Shown here one piece after another: positions 27,839 through 35,951 of a stretch of 35,951 nt of DNA. The notes under the pieces are model-generated. The model saw nothing but the letters and a program-made list of their open reading frames with translations, searched no databases and had not been told where the DNA came from. The position numbers were made by a program, and so were the translations under genes. The stretch is taken from the IMG/VR virus record IMGVR_UViG_2711768050_000003; one strand, given 5' to 3'. How positions within the stretch are numbered: the first letter of the stretch is position 1; the number at the start of each line of letters is the position of its first letter. The DNA is from a virus. Taxonomy: Duplodnaviria; Heunggongvirae; Uroviricota; Caudoviricetes.

Positions 27839-28194
27839 TGGCCCGTATCGGGGGAACCTGTTATTTCAAAATTGACGGTCAGCAGCTATCGCTGACCGGC
27901 GGCATTGAGGTGCCCATGAACAGGACGGTCAATGATGACATCATCGGCCTGGACGGTTCAGTGGACCGCAAGGAAACTCACCGTGCGCCTTATGTCAAAG
28001 GGACCTTCAAGGTGCCGAAGAATTTTCCGGTGAGCAAAATCACCTCGTCTGATGAGATGACCATCACTGCCGAGCTGGCGAACGGTCAGGTCTATGTATT
28101 GTCGTCCGCCTGGCTGCACGGAGAAGCGAACCATAATGCCGAAGAAGGCACGGTTGATCTTGAGTTCCACGGTGAAGAAGGGGATTACCAGTAA
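27838..28194 (+). CDS. tail tube protein (Mu gpM-like)
   Basis: 118 aa; immediately after the sheath; RBS GAGGAG. Confidence 0.7.
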   Translation: MARIGGTCYFKIDGQQLSLTGGIEVPMNRTVNDDIIGLDGSVDRKETHRAPYVKGTFKVPKNFPVSKITSSDEMTITAELANGQVYVLSSAWLHGEANHNAEEGTVDLEFHGEEGDYQ

Positions 28195-28463
28195 TGAAAG
28201 AGCTTGAGTTAAAGAAACCGATTATCGCTCATGGTGAGACACTCTCCGTACTGGAGTTTGATGAACCCACCGGGAAGGATGTCCGCGAGCTGGGGTATCC
28301 CTACCAGATGAATCAGGATGAGTCCGTCAGACTTCTGGCGCATGTGGTGTCGAAATACATTGTGCGGCTGGCGAAAGTGCCGCAAAGCTCTGTCGACCAG
28401 ATGTCTCCGGCAGACCTGAATGCAGCGGCGTGGCTTGTGGCTGGTTTTTTCCTCCAGGCCTGA
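28194..28463 (+). CDS. tail assembly chaperone (G-like)
   Basis: 89 aa; between tube and tape measure; contains a slippery site near its 3' end. Confidence 0.6.
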   Translation: MKELELKKPIIAHGETLSVLEFDEPTGKDVRELGYPYQMNQDESVRLLAHVVSKYIVRLAKVPQSSVDQMSPADLNAAAWLVAGFFLQA

Positions 28464-28612
28464 CGGCTGAATACCTCACTGATCGCTTCTTTGACTGCGC
28501 CAGCTACTGGCGCATTAATCCCTTCGAATTGCTGAATATGCCGATCAGTGAAATTCCCTTGCTGGTCAGTCAGGCAAACAGGATAGAGCAGGAGAAACGC
28601 ACACATGGCTGA
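28194..28612 (+). CDS. tail assembly chaperone, predicted -1 frameshift fusion (GT-like)
   Basis: Slippery heptamer T-TTT-TTC at 28445..28451 in the zero frame; the -1 frame is open through 28612 and ends at the tape-measure start. Confidence 0.45.
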
Positions 28613-30440
28613 ATTTGAGCTTAAGGCGTTGATCACCGGTGTCGACAGGCTTTCTCCCGCGCTGTCGAAAATGCAAAAGAAAATCCGGGGATTTAAACGC
28701 CAGGCGGAAGAAGCGTCACAGGGTGGGCTGGCGCTTGGTGGCGGACTGGCAGCGGGGCTGACGCTTTCCCTGAAATCTTATGCCGATCAGGAAAACGCCG
28801 CTACCGGGCTGAAAGTCGCCATGATGGATGCGAACGGCGAGGTTGGAAAGAGCTTTCAGGACATCAATAAACTGGCTATTGGCCTGGGTAACCAGCTACC
28901 CGGTACAACGGCTGATTTCCAGAACATGATGCAGATGCTGGTGCGTCAGGGGATCCCGGCAGAAAACATTCTGGGTGGTGTGGGTAAAGCGACAGCTTAT
29001 CTTGCGGTACAACTGAAAAAAACACCGGAAGCGGCTGCCGAGTTTGCAGCAAAGATGCAGGATGCTACCGGAACGGCCTCAGAAGACATGATGGGGCTGT
29101 TCGACACAATTCAGAAGGCGTTTTATCTGGGCGTTGACGACACCAACATGCTGTCATTCTTCACTAAAACCAGCTCTGTTCTGAAGATGGTGAATAAGGA
29201 CGGTCTTCAGGCTGCACAGAGTCTTGCCCCCATCAGTGTCATGATGGATCAGATGGGGATGAACGGGGAGTCGGCAGGTAATGCCCTGCGAAAAGTTATC
29301 CAGTCCGGATTAAGCGTTAAGAAAATCAGGGACGTCAATAAAATCATGGCACGCCAGAAACTCGGGGTACAACTAGATTTTACTGATGGCAAAGGGAGTT
29401 TTGGCGGTCTTGATAACATGTTCAGGCAACTGGCAAAGCTGCGAAAACTGACCGACGTTAAGCGAACCGGTGTACTTAAGGCAATATTTGGTGATGATGC
29501 CGAAACCCTTCAGGTGGTCAATGCGCTGATCGATAAAGGAAAAGATGGCTACGATCAGATCCAGCAGAAGATGAATAAACAGGCCAGCCTGAATAAACGT
29601 GTTCAGGCTCAGCTTGGTACGCTGTCCAACCTGTGGGAGGCAATGACGGGGACCGCAACTAACGGCCTTGCGGCTATTGGCGGCGCATTTTCTGGTGACG
29701 CTAAGAACATCACGCAGTGGCTGGGGGAGTTGGGGGAGAAATTCACGAAGTTTGCGGATGAAAATCCCCGGGTTATTCGCGGTGTCGTCGGGCTTGCTGC
29801 CGGTCTTGCGATTCTGAAACTGGGATTGATGGGCGTGGGCAGTGCCATCAGCATTGTCAGCAGGATCATGTCGATGACGCCGATTGGCATGATTGCGACG
29901 GCGATAGCCCTGGCTGCGGGATTAATTATCACTAACTGGGATGTTGTCGGACCTTATTTCAAGAAGCTCTGGGAAACCATTGGTCCTTATTTTGAGGCTG
30001 GCTGGGAACTCCTTAAGAAAGTTTTTGCCTGGTCGCCGCTGGGGATGGTGATCAATAACTGGGGGCCGGTTGTTAAGTGGTTTCAGGATATGTGGGACAA
30101 GCTGAAGCCAATTATTGAGTGGTTTACCGACAGTTCCGGTGACACGGTCGATGCCATTAACTCTGCGCAGTGGGGCGCGGGTGCTTATGATGCTTATGGG
30201 ACGGGAATACCGGCGCGGGGATACACACCTTATCCGGCGGTAGATCTGGCTCAGTCAAACAACGCCTCCGATGCCACAGGCCCGAATCCCTTCATGATTA
30301 ACAAAGCTTCTGCGCCAAAAGTTGATGGTGAGATCAAGGTCTCTTTTGTGAATTCGCCTCCGGGTATGCGGGTTATGGAAACGCGAACCAGCGGTTTTGA
30401 TGTCAGCCATGATGTTGGCTATACGCGCTTTGGCAGGTAA
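28605..30440 (+). CDS. tail tape measure protein
   Basis: 611 aa; Ala/Gly/Leu-rich helical protein with C-terminal hydrophobic segments; downstream of the chaperone pair. Confidence 0.85.
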   Translation: MAEFELKALITGVDRLSPALSKMQKKIRGFKRQAEEASQGGLALGGGLAAGLTLSLKSYADQENAATGLKVAMMDANGEVGKSFQDINKLAIGLGNQLPGTTADFQNMMQMLVRQGIPAENILGGVGKATAYLAVQLKKTPEAAAEFAAKMQDATGTASEDMMGLFDTIQKAFYLGVDDTNMLSFFTKTSSVLKMVNKDGLQAAQSLAPISVMMDQMGMNGESAGNALRKVIQSGLSVKKIRDVNKIMARQKLGVQLDFTDGKGSFGGLDNMFRQLAKLRKLTDVKRTGVLKAIFGDDAETLQVVNALIDKGKDGYDQIQQKMNKQASLNKRVQAQLGTLSNLWEAMTGTATNGLAAIGGAFSGDAKNITQWLGELGEKFTKFADENPRVIRGVVGLAAGLAILKLGLMGVGSAISIVSRIMSMTPIGMIATAIALAAGLIITNWDVVGPYFKKLWETIGPYFEAGWELLKKVFAWSPLGMVINNWGPVVKWFQDMWDKLKPIIEWFTDSSGDTVDAINSAQWGAGAYDAYGTGIPARGYTPYPAVDLAQSNNASDATGPNPFMINKASAPKVDGEIKVSFVNSPPGMRVMETRTSGFDVSHDVGYTRFGR

Positions 30441-30461
30441 TGAAAAATTAATCTGTTAATG

Positions 30462-30485
30462 AGTCCCACTTCGGTGGGCTTTTTT
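30462..30485 (+). terminator. terminator-like hairpin within the tail operon
   Basis: AGTCCCAC-TTCG-GTGGGCT followed by TTTTT. Confidence 0.4.
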
Positions 30486-30500
30486 ATATCCGGAGTTTAT

Positions 30501-31829
30501 ATGACGTGGAAAGACAGGCTTCAGGATGCGTCATTTCGAGGTGTGCCGTTTAAGGTTGAAGAAGAAAGTGCGGGAACCGGCCGTCGTGTGGAAACACACG
30601 AATATCCGAACCGCGACAAACCCTATACCGAAGATCTGGGAAAAGTCACTTTCCGCCCGTCCATCACAGCTTATGTGGTGGGAGATGACTGCTTTGACCA
30701 GCGCGATCGCCTGATTGAAGCGCTGAATAAACCCGGTCCCGGCACGCTTGTCCACCCGACATATGGTGAGCTGAAAGTCTGTGTTGACGGGGAAGTTCGG
30801 GTCAGCACATCGAAAAGTGAAGGGCGTATTGTCCGCTTTGACCTGAAGTTTGTCGAAGCGGGAGAACTCTCTTACCCCACATCAGGTGCGGCGACGGCGC
30901 AGACGCTGATGTCATCCTGTTCTGCACTGGATGACTGCATCAGTGACAGTTTCAGTGGTTTCAGTATCGATGGCGTGGCAGATTTTGTGCAGAACGACGT
31001 CGTCGGTAATGCCGGCACAATGCTTGGGTATATTTCTGATGCGATGAAAGTGGTGGATTCTGCCGTATCGGATGCCGCCAGGCTGTTGCAGGGGGATATC
31101 TCGGTACTTCTGCCGCCGCCATCGTCAGGCAAAAATTTCGTTGAGCAGGTGCAGAAAATGTGGCGTACCGGGAAACGCCTTTATGGTAACGCCAGCGACC
31201 TGGTCACCATGATCAAAACGCTTTCCGGTGTCAGCCTCGGCAGCGATCTGCAACCGCGCGGCGTCTGGAAAACGGACAGTAAAACCACCGCTACGGCGAC
31301 GCAGCAGCGTAACGTGGTTGCCAGCACCCTTCGTACGACCGCAATCAGCGAAGCGGTGTATGCCGTCACCCGATTGCCTGCGCCAACAACTTCCGCGGTG
31401 GTGCAGGATGCCGCAGTGGGGCAGGCAACAACAGCTGCGCAGAGCACCGGCTGGCCTTCCGTCACGCATCCGGCACTGAACAATGCACCGGCGGTGAAAA
31501 ACACGGTTGATCTGCCGACGTGGGAAGAACTGACTGACATTCGCGACACACTGAATACGGCAATTGATAAGGAGTTGTCCCGTACAACCAGTGATGCGCT
31601 GTTTCTGGCGCTGCGCCGGGTGAAAGCAGATCTGAATGCGGATATCAACACGCGCCTTGAACAGTCTGCACGGATCATTCAGCGCACGCCGGATGAGGTT
31701 TTACCCGCGCTGGTGCTGGCGGCGACCTGGTTTGATAACGCGGCGCGTGACGCGGACATTATCCGGCGTAATGCCATTACGCATCCCGGCTTTGTGCCGG
31801 TGATCCCTCTGAAGGTGCCAGTGCAATGA
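30501..31829 (+). CDS. DNA circulation protein (Mu gpN-like)
   Basis: Start at ATG 30501 (MTWKDRLQDASFRGVPFKVE) with GGAG RBS. Confidence 0.7.
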   Translation: MTWKDRLQDASFRGVPFKVEEESAGTGRRVETHEYPNRDKPYTEDLGKVTFRPSITAYVVGDDCFDQRDRLIEALNKPGPGTLVHPTYGELKVCVDGEVRVSTSKSEGRIVRFDLKFVEAGELSYPTSGAATAQTLMSSCSALDDCISDSFSGFSIDGVADFVQNDVVGNAGTMLGYISDAMKVVDSAVSDAARLLQGDISVLLPPPSSGKNFVEQVQKMWRTGKRLYGNASDLVTMIKTLSGVSLGSDLQPRGVWKTDSKTTATATQQRNVVASTLRTTAISEAVYAVTRLPAPTTSAVVQDAAVGQATTAAQSTGWPSVTHPALNNAPAVKNTVDLPTWEELTDIRDTLNTAIDKELSRTTSDALFLALRRVKADLNADINTRLEQSARIIQRTPDEVLPALVLAATWFDNAARDADIIRRNAITHPGFVPVIPLKVPVQ

Positions 31830-32905
31830 ACGATAACGTCACGCTACGGGTAAATGGCCGGGAGTGGAATGGCTGGACATCGGTGCGCATCGGTGCCGGT
31901 GTTGAACGACTGGCGCGGGATTTCAGTGTGGAGATCACCCGCCAGTGGCCGGGAGATGAGGGTATCACCACGCTTCAGCCGCGCATTAAAAACGGTTCAA
32001 AAGTGGAGGTGCTGATTGGTGATGAGCTGGTGATCACCGGCTGGGTGGAGGCGACGCCCGTTCGTTACGATGCCCGTTCGGTCAGCACCGGTATTGCCGG
32101 ACGCAGTCTGACCGCTGACCTGATTGACTGTGCAGCCGAACCGACACAGTTTAACGGACGATCGCTGGTACAGATTGCGCAGGCGCTTGCTGCGCCTTTC
32201 GGCATTGAGGTGGTGAACAGCGGTGCGCCGTCGGGTGTTATTCCTGATGTCCAGCCTGATCACGGTGAAACGGTGATTGAGGTAATCAACAAAATACTCG
32301 GTCAGCAGCAGGCGCTGGCTTATGACGACCCGCACGGCAGGCTGGTGATTGGCGGTATTGGCTCAACGCGGGCACATACCGCGCTGGTACTTGGGGAAAA
32401 CATCCTTTCCTGTGATACGGAGAAGAGTATCCGGGAGCGGTTTTCAGTTTACCAGGTGGCGGGGCAGCGTGCCGGAAACGACGATGATTTCGGTGAGGCC
32501 ACCACCACCGCGCTGCGGGCCCGCACAGAGGACGCATTTATTGCTCGTTACCGTCCGATGTATATCAGGCAGACAGGGCAGGCCACGGGGGCAGGCTGTA
32601 TTGCGCGTGCTGACTTTGAAGCCCGACAACGGGCGGCGCGGACGGATGAAACCACCTATGTGGTGCAGGGCTGGCGACAGGGTAACGGTACGCTGTGGCA
32701 GCCCAACCAGCGGGTGATTGTCTTCGATCCGGTCTGTGGTTTCGACAATACCGAACTGCTTGTCTCGGAAGTCACGTTTACTCAGGACCAGAACGGCACC
32801 CTGACGGAAATCCGTGTCGGCCCACCTGATGCTTATCTGCCTGAACCCGAAGCCCCCGGCGCGCGGAAAAAGAAAAAAGCCAGAGTACAGGAGGACCCGT
32901 TCTGA
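31826..32905 (+). CDS. baseplate hub protein (Mu gpP-like)
   Basis: 359 aa; position and translation consistent with Mu P-family proteins. Confidence 0.65.
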   Translation: MNDNVTLRVNGREWNGWTSVRIGAGVERLARDFSVEITRQWPGDEGITTLQPRIKNGSKVEVLIGDELVITGWVEATPVRYDARSVSTGIAGRSLTADLIDCAAEPTQFNGRSLVQIAQALAAPFGIEVVNSGAPSGVIPDVQPDHGETVIEVINKILGQQQALAYDDPHGRLVIGGIGSTRAHTALVLGENILSCDTEKSIRERFSVYQVAGQRAGNDDDFGEATTTALRARTEDAFIARYRPMYIRQTGQATGAGCIARADFEARQRAARTDETTYVVQGWRQGNGTLWQPNQRVIVFDPVCGFDNTELLVSEVTFTQDQNGTLTEIRVGPPDAYLPEPEAPGARKKKKARVQEDPF

Positions 32906-33453
32906 TGAGGACGATTGAAGCCATGCAGCGACAACTCCTCGGCCTGATTGGGCGGGCAGTGGTGAAAAGCATCAGTGCCGCCACGAAATGTCAGACCGTG
33001 GATGTGTCCCTGATTGCCGGTGAACCCAAAGCCGGGGTTGAACATCTTGAACCCTACGGTTTTACCGCAAGGGCAAACAGCGGTGCGGAAGCGGTGGTGT
33101 TGTTTCCGGATGGCGACCGTTCTCATGCGGTGGTTGTTACGGTGTCGGACCGGCGCTACCGCCTGAAAGGGCTGCAGACGGGTGAGGTGGCTGTCTATGA
33201 CGATCAGGGGCAGTCCGTGACGCTGACCCGGGCGGGGATCGTGGTGGACGGTGCAGGTAAAACGATCACGTTTCGCAATGCGCCTAAGGCTCGTTTTGAA
33301 ATGGACCTGGAAGTGACCGGACAGGTGAAAGACCTGTGCGACTCCAGCGGCACCACCATGTCAGCGATGCGGCTTGCCTATAACGGGCATCGTCACAGAG
33401 AGAACGGTCAGGGCAGTAACACCGACAAACCTGATAAAGCGATGGAGGCATGA
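32905..33453 (+). CDS. baseplate assembly protein V / spike (Mu gp45-like)
   Basis: 182 aa; gpV-like N-terminal OB-fold region. Confidence 0.65.
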   Translation: MRTIEAMQRQLLGLIGRAVVKSISAATKCQTVDVSLIAGEPKAGVEHLEPYGFTARANSGAEAVVLFPDGDRSHAVVVTVSDRRYRLKGLQTGEVAVYDDQGQSVTLTRAGIVVDGAGKTITFRNAPKARFEMDLEVTGQVKDLCDSSGTTMSAMRLAYNGHRHRENGQGSNTDKPDKAMEA

Positions 33454-33878
33454 TGGAACTGTGGCTGACGGTGAACGGTAAACGCACCTGCGCCAGCGCA
33501 CCGCTGGATCCGCTGACCCGTGCCGTGGTGATTTCCCTGTTCACCTGGCGGCGGGCTGAACCTGATGACAATGCCGACGTCCCGATGGGATGGTGGGGGG
33601 ATACCTGGCCTGCGGTACAGAATGACCGTTACGGCTCCCGACTGTGGCTGCTTCAGCGCAGCAAACTGACCAATCAGCTGGTGCAGACGGTAAGGGGGTA
33701 TATCCGCGAATGCCTGCAATGGATGATTGATGACGGCGTGGTGTCCCGTATTGATCTGGATATCCGCCGCACCGGGATTAATGAACTGGGTAACAGTATC
33801 ACTCTCTGGCGTCGTGACGGACCGGTAATGATTTCTTTTGATGATCTGTGGAGTGCGATAACTCATGGCGGACAGTGA
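33450..33878 (+). CDS. GP46-family baseplate protein (Mu gp46-like)
   Basis: 142 aa; gene order gp45-gp46-gp47-gp48 as in Mu. Confidence 0.6.
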   Translation: MMELWLTVNGKRTCASAPLDPLTRAVVISLFTWRRAEPDDNADVPMGWWGDTWPAVQNDRYGSRLWLLQRSKLTNQLVQTVRGYIRECLQWMIDDGVVSRIDLDIRRTGINELGNSITLWRRDGPVMISFDDLWSAITHGGQ

Positions 33879-34923
33879 ATTTCAGCGCCCGACGCTGGCA
33901 GAAAATATCAGTATGCTCCGTAACGATTTATTCGCCAGGCTGGACGTCAGCGACACGCTCCGGCGCATGGATGAAGACGTGCGGGCAAAGGTGTATGCGG
34001 CGGCGCTGCATACGGTTTACGGTTACATCGATTATCTGGCAATGAACATGCTGCCTGACCTGTGCGATGAGTCCTGGCTGGCGCGACATGCTGCGATGAA
34101 ACGGTGTCCGCGCAAGGGGGCCACGGCTGCCAGCGGGTATATGCGCTGGGAAGGTGTCAGCGATGGCCTGAAGGTGACCGCCGGGAGTGTTATTCAGCGC
34201 GATGACCTGGTTCAGTACACGGCAACTGCCGATGCAACCAGCTCCGGTGGTGTCCTGCGCGTGCCGATCGCCTGCTCAAGTGCAGGAGCGGCCGGTAACG
34301 CTGACGACGGTACGTCATTAATCCTGGTCACGCCGGTGAATGGTCTGCCGTCTTCCGGCGTGGCAGACACCCTGACAGGTGGATTTGATACTGAAGAGCT
34401 GGAAACGTGGCGCGCCCGCGTCATTGAGCGGTATTACTGGACGCCTCAGGGCGGGGCTGACGGGGACTATGTTGTCTGGGCTAAAGAAGTGCCAGGCATT
34501 ACCCGTGCATGGACATACCGCCACTGGATGGGAACGGGGACTGTCGGTGTGATGATTGCCGGCAGTGACCTGATTAATCCCATTCCGGAAGAATCAACGG
34601 AAACGGCGGCAAGACAACACATTGAGCCACTGGCCCCGGTGGCAGGCTCTGATTTGTATGTATTCAGGCCGGTGGCGCATAAAGTGGATTTTCATATCCG
34701 CGTGACGCCGGACACACCGGAAATACGGGCTGCCATCACCGCCGAGTTGCGTTCGTTCCTGCTGCGTGATGGTTATCCGCAGGGAGAACTGAAGGTATCG
34801 CGTATCAGTGAGGCGATTTCCGGTGCGAACGGGGAATACAGCCATCAGTTGCTTGCACCGGCGGACAATATCTCCATTGCAAAAAATGAACTGGCGGTAC
34901 TGGGGACGATTTCATGGACGTGA
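33865..34923 (+). CDS. baseplate J-like protein (Mu gp47-like)
   Basis: 352 aa; typical baseplate-J size and position. Confidence 0.75.
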   Translation: MADSEFQRPTLAENISMLRNDLFARLDVSDTLRRMDEDVRAKVYAAALHTVYGYIDYLAMNMLPDLCDESWLARHAAMKRCPRKGATAASGYMRWEGVSDGLKVTAGSVIQRDDLVQYTATADATSSGGVLRVPIACSSAGAAGNADDGTSLILVTPVNGLPSSGVADTLTGGFDTEELETWRARVIERYYWTPQGGADGDYVVWAKEVPGITRAWTYRHWMGTGTVGVMIAGSDLINPIPEESTETAARQHIEPLAPVAGSDLYVFRPVAHKVDFHIRVTPDTPEIRAAITAELRSFLLRDGYPQGELKVSRISEAISGANGEYSHQLLAPADNISIAKNELAVLGTISWT

Positions 34924-35498
34924 CAAACGATGATTACATCCGTCTGTTGTCGGTACTGTTGCCACCCGGTCCGGCGTGGTCAGCCAGCGATCCGGCGATT
35001 GCCGGTGCAGCACCGTCATTAACCCGTGTTCATCAGCGTGCGGATGCCCTGATGCGGGAGCTGGATCCGCGCACCACCACCGAACTGATAAACCGCTGGG
35101 AGCGTCTGTGCGGCCTGCCGGATGAATGTATTCCTACAGGGACACAGACCCTTCGCCAGCGTCAGCAACGGCTGGATGCGAAGGTTAACCTGTCGGGTGG
35201 CATCAACGAGGATTTTTATCTTGCACAGCTTGCTGCCCTGGGCAGACCAGATGCCACCATCACGCGATACGACAAAAGCACGTTCACCTGCTCATCGGCC
35301 TGTACTGACGCTATGAACGCGCCTGAATGGCGGTATTACTGGCAGGTCAACATGCCAGCCGCCACCAACACCACCTGGATGACATGTGGCGATCCCTGTG
35401 ATTCCGCACTGCGTATCTGGGGCGACACAGTTGTCGAATGTGTGCTTAACAAACTCTGCCCGTCGCATACCTACGTAATTTTTAAATATCCGGAGTAA
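34914..35498 (+). CDS. tail protein (Mu gp48-like, DUF2313-type)
   Basis: 194 aa; follows baseplate J and precedes the tail fibre. Confidence 0.6.
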   Translation: MDVTNDDYIRLLSVLLPPGPAWSASDPAIAGAAPSLTRVHQRADALMRELDPRTTTELINRWERLCGLPDECIPTGTQTLRQRQQRLDAKVNLSGGINEDFYLAQLAALGRPDATITRYDKSTFTCSSACTDAMNAPEWRYYWQVNMPAATNTTWMTCGDPCDSALRIWGDTVVECVLNKLCPSHTYVIFKYPE

Positions 35499-35501
35499 TC
35501 C

Positions 35502-35808
35502 ATGCATCGTATAGACACGAAAACCGCGCAGAAGGATAAGTTCGGCGCGGGTAAGAACGGTTTTACCCGTGGTAACCCCCAGACCGGCACGCCTGCCACC
35601 GATCTGGATGATGACTACTTTGACATGTTGCAGGAGGAGCTTTGCAGCGTTGTGGAGGCGTCCGGTGCCAGCCTGGAGAAGGGGCGGCACGACCAGCTAC
35701 TTACCGCGCTTCGCGCGCTGCTGTTAAGCCGCAAGAATCCGTTTGGCGATATCAAATCGGATGGCACGGTGAAAACGGCTCTCGAAAACCTTGGTTTGGG
35801 AGAAGGCT
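35502..35808 (+). CDS. tail fibre protein, N-terminal fragment truncated by the contig end
   Basis: ATG at 35502 opens a frame with a conserved-looking tail-fibre N-terminus; the frame continues into adapter sequence from 35809, so the real gene is incomplete. Confidence 0.55.
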
Positions 35809-35951
35809 CTGTCTCTTCTACTCATCTCCGAGCCCACGAGACTAAGGCGAACCTCCTATGCCGTCCTCTGCTTGTAAAAAAAAACTTCATACACGGATAT
35901 TTCCCGTCATGTTCGCATCGTCTTTCACACTACAGTATTATATCAGTATTT
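35809..35951. other. Sequencing artefact: Illumina Nextera adapter read-through with i7 index, poly-A and low-quality tail
   Basis: CTGTCTCTTcTAcTCATCTCCGAGCCCACGAGAC (two mismatches to the Nextera transposase adapter), then TAAGGCGA (N701 i7 index as seen in read-through), then a degraded P7 sequence, then a poly-A run. Confidence 0.85.

Larger units (their letters stand above)
1445..35808. mobile_element. Temperate prophage integrated at thrW (left part only; right end and attR lie outside the window)
   Basis: Integrase directly abuts the tRNA 3' end, followed by a contiguous immunity, replication, lysis, packaging, head and tail gene order; the contig ends inside the tail-fibre gene. Confidence 0.85.

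Noticed and set aside
31181-33866. Antisense and out-of-frame ORFs in the baseplate region (for example 31181..31678, 32833..33126, 33408..33866)
   Set aside because: Same reasoning: embedded in the Mu-type baseplate genes with no independent support.
35809-35951. C-terminal continuation of the tail-fibre ORF and any features at the extreme 3' end
   Set aside because: The sequence is recognisable adapter, index and poly-A, so it is not genomic.
1445-35951. Serotype-conversion gtrA/gtrB/gtr(type) genes expected for an SfV-like phage
   Set aside because: No membrane glucosyltransferase-like ORFs in the window; if present they would lie beyond the truncated tail-fibre gene near attR.

Overview
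Enterobacterial (E. coli/Shigella-type) chromosome: a complete proA gene (1..1254) and tRNA-Thr thrW (1369..1444), followed immediately by the left ~34 kb of a temperate prophage integrated at thrW. The prophage runs integrase/excisionase, a leftward early operon (PAPS-reductase-like, HD-domain YfdR-like, YfdQ-like, YfdP-like), a cI/cro immunity switch, replication and nin-like genes (iteron-bearing initiator, RusA, KilA-N, DUF968, Q-like), a lysis cassette, HNH plus terminase, an HK97-type head module and a Mu-type contractile tail module, ending in a truncated tail-fibre gene. From memory this layout resembles thrW-integrating serotype-converting phages (SfV-like), but no gtr genes are in the window. 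Three visibly AT-rich cargo insertions with their own expression signals sit at classic moron positions; the two-gene cassette between Q and the lysis genes (14135..15408) is the best candidate for an uncharacterised accessory or defence system. The last ~143 nt (35809..35951) are an Illumina Nextera adapter read-through, not biology. All product calls come from reading the translations and remembered family signatures; no database search was run.
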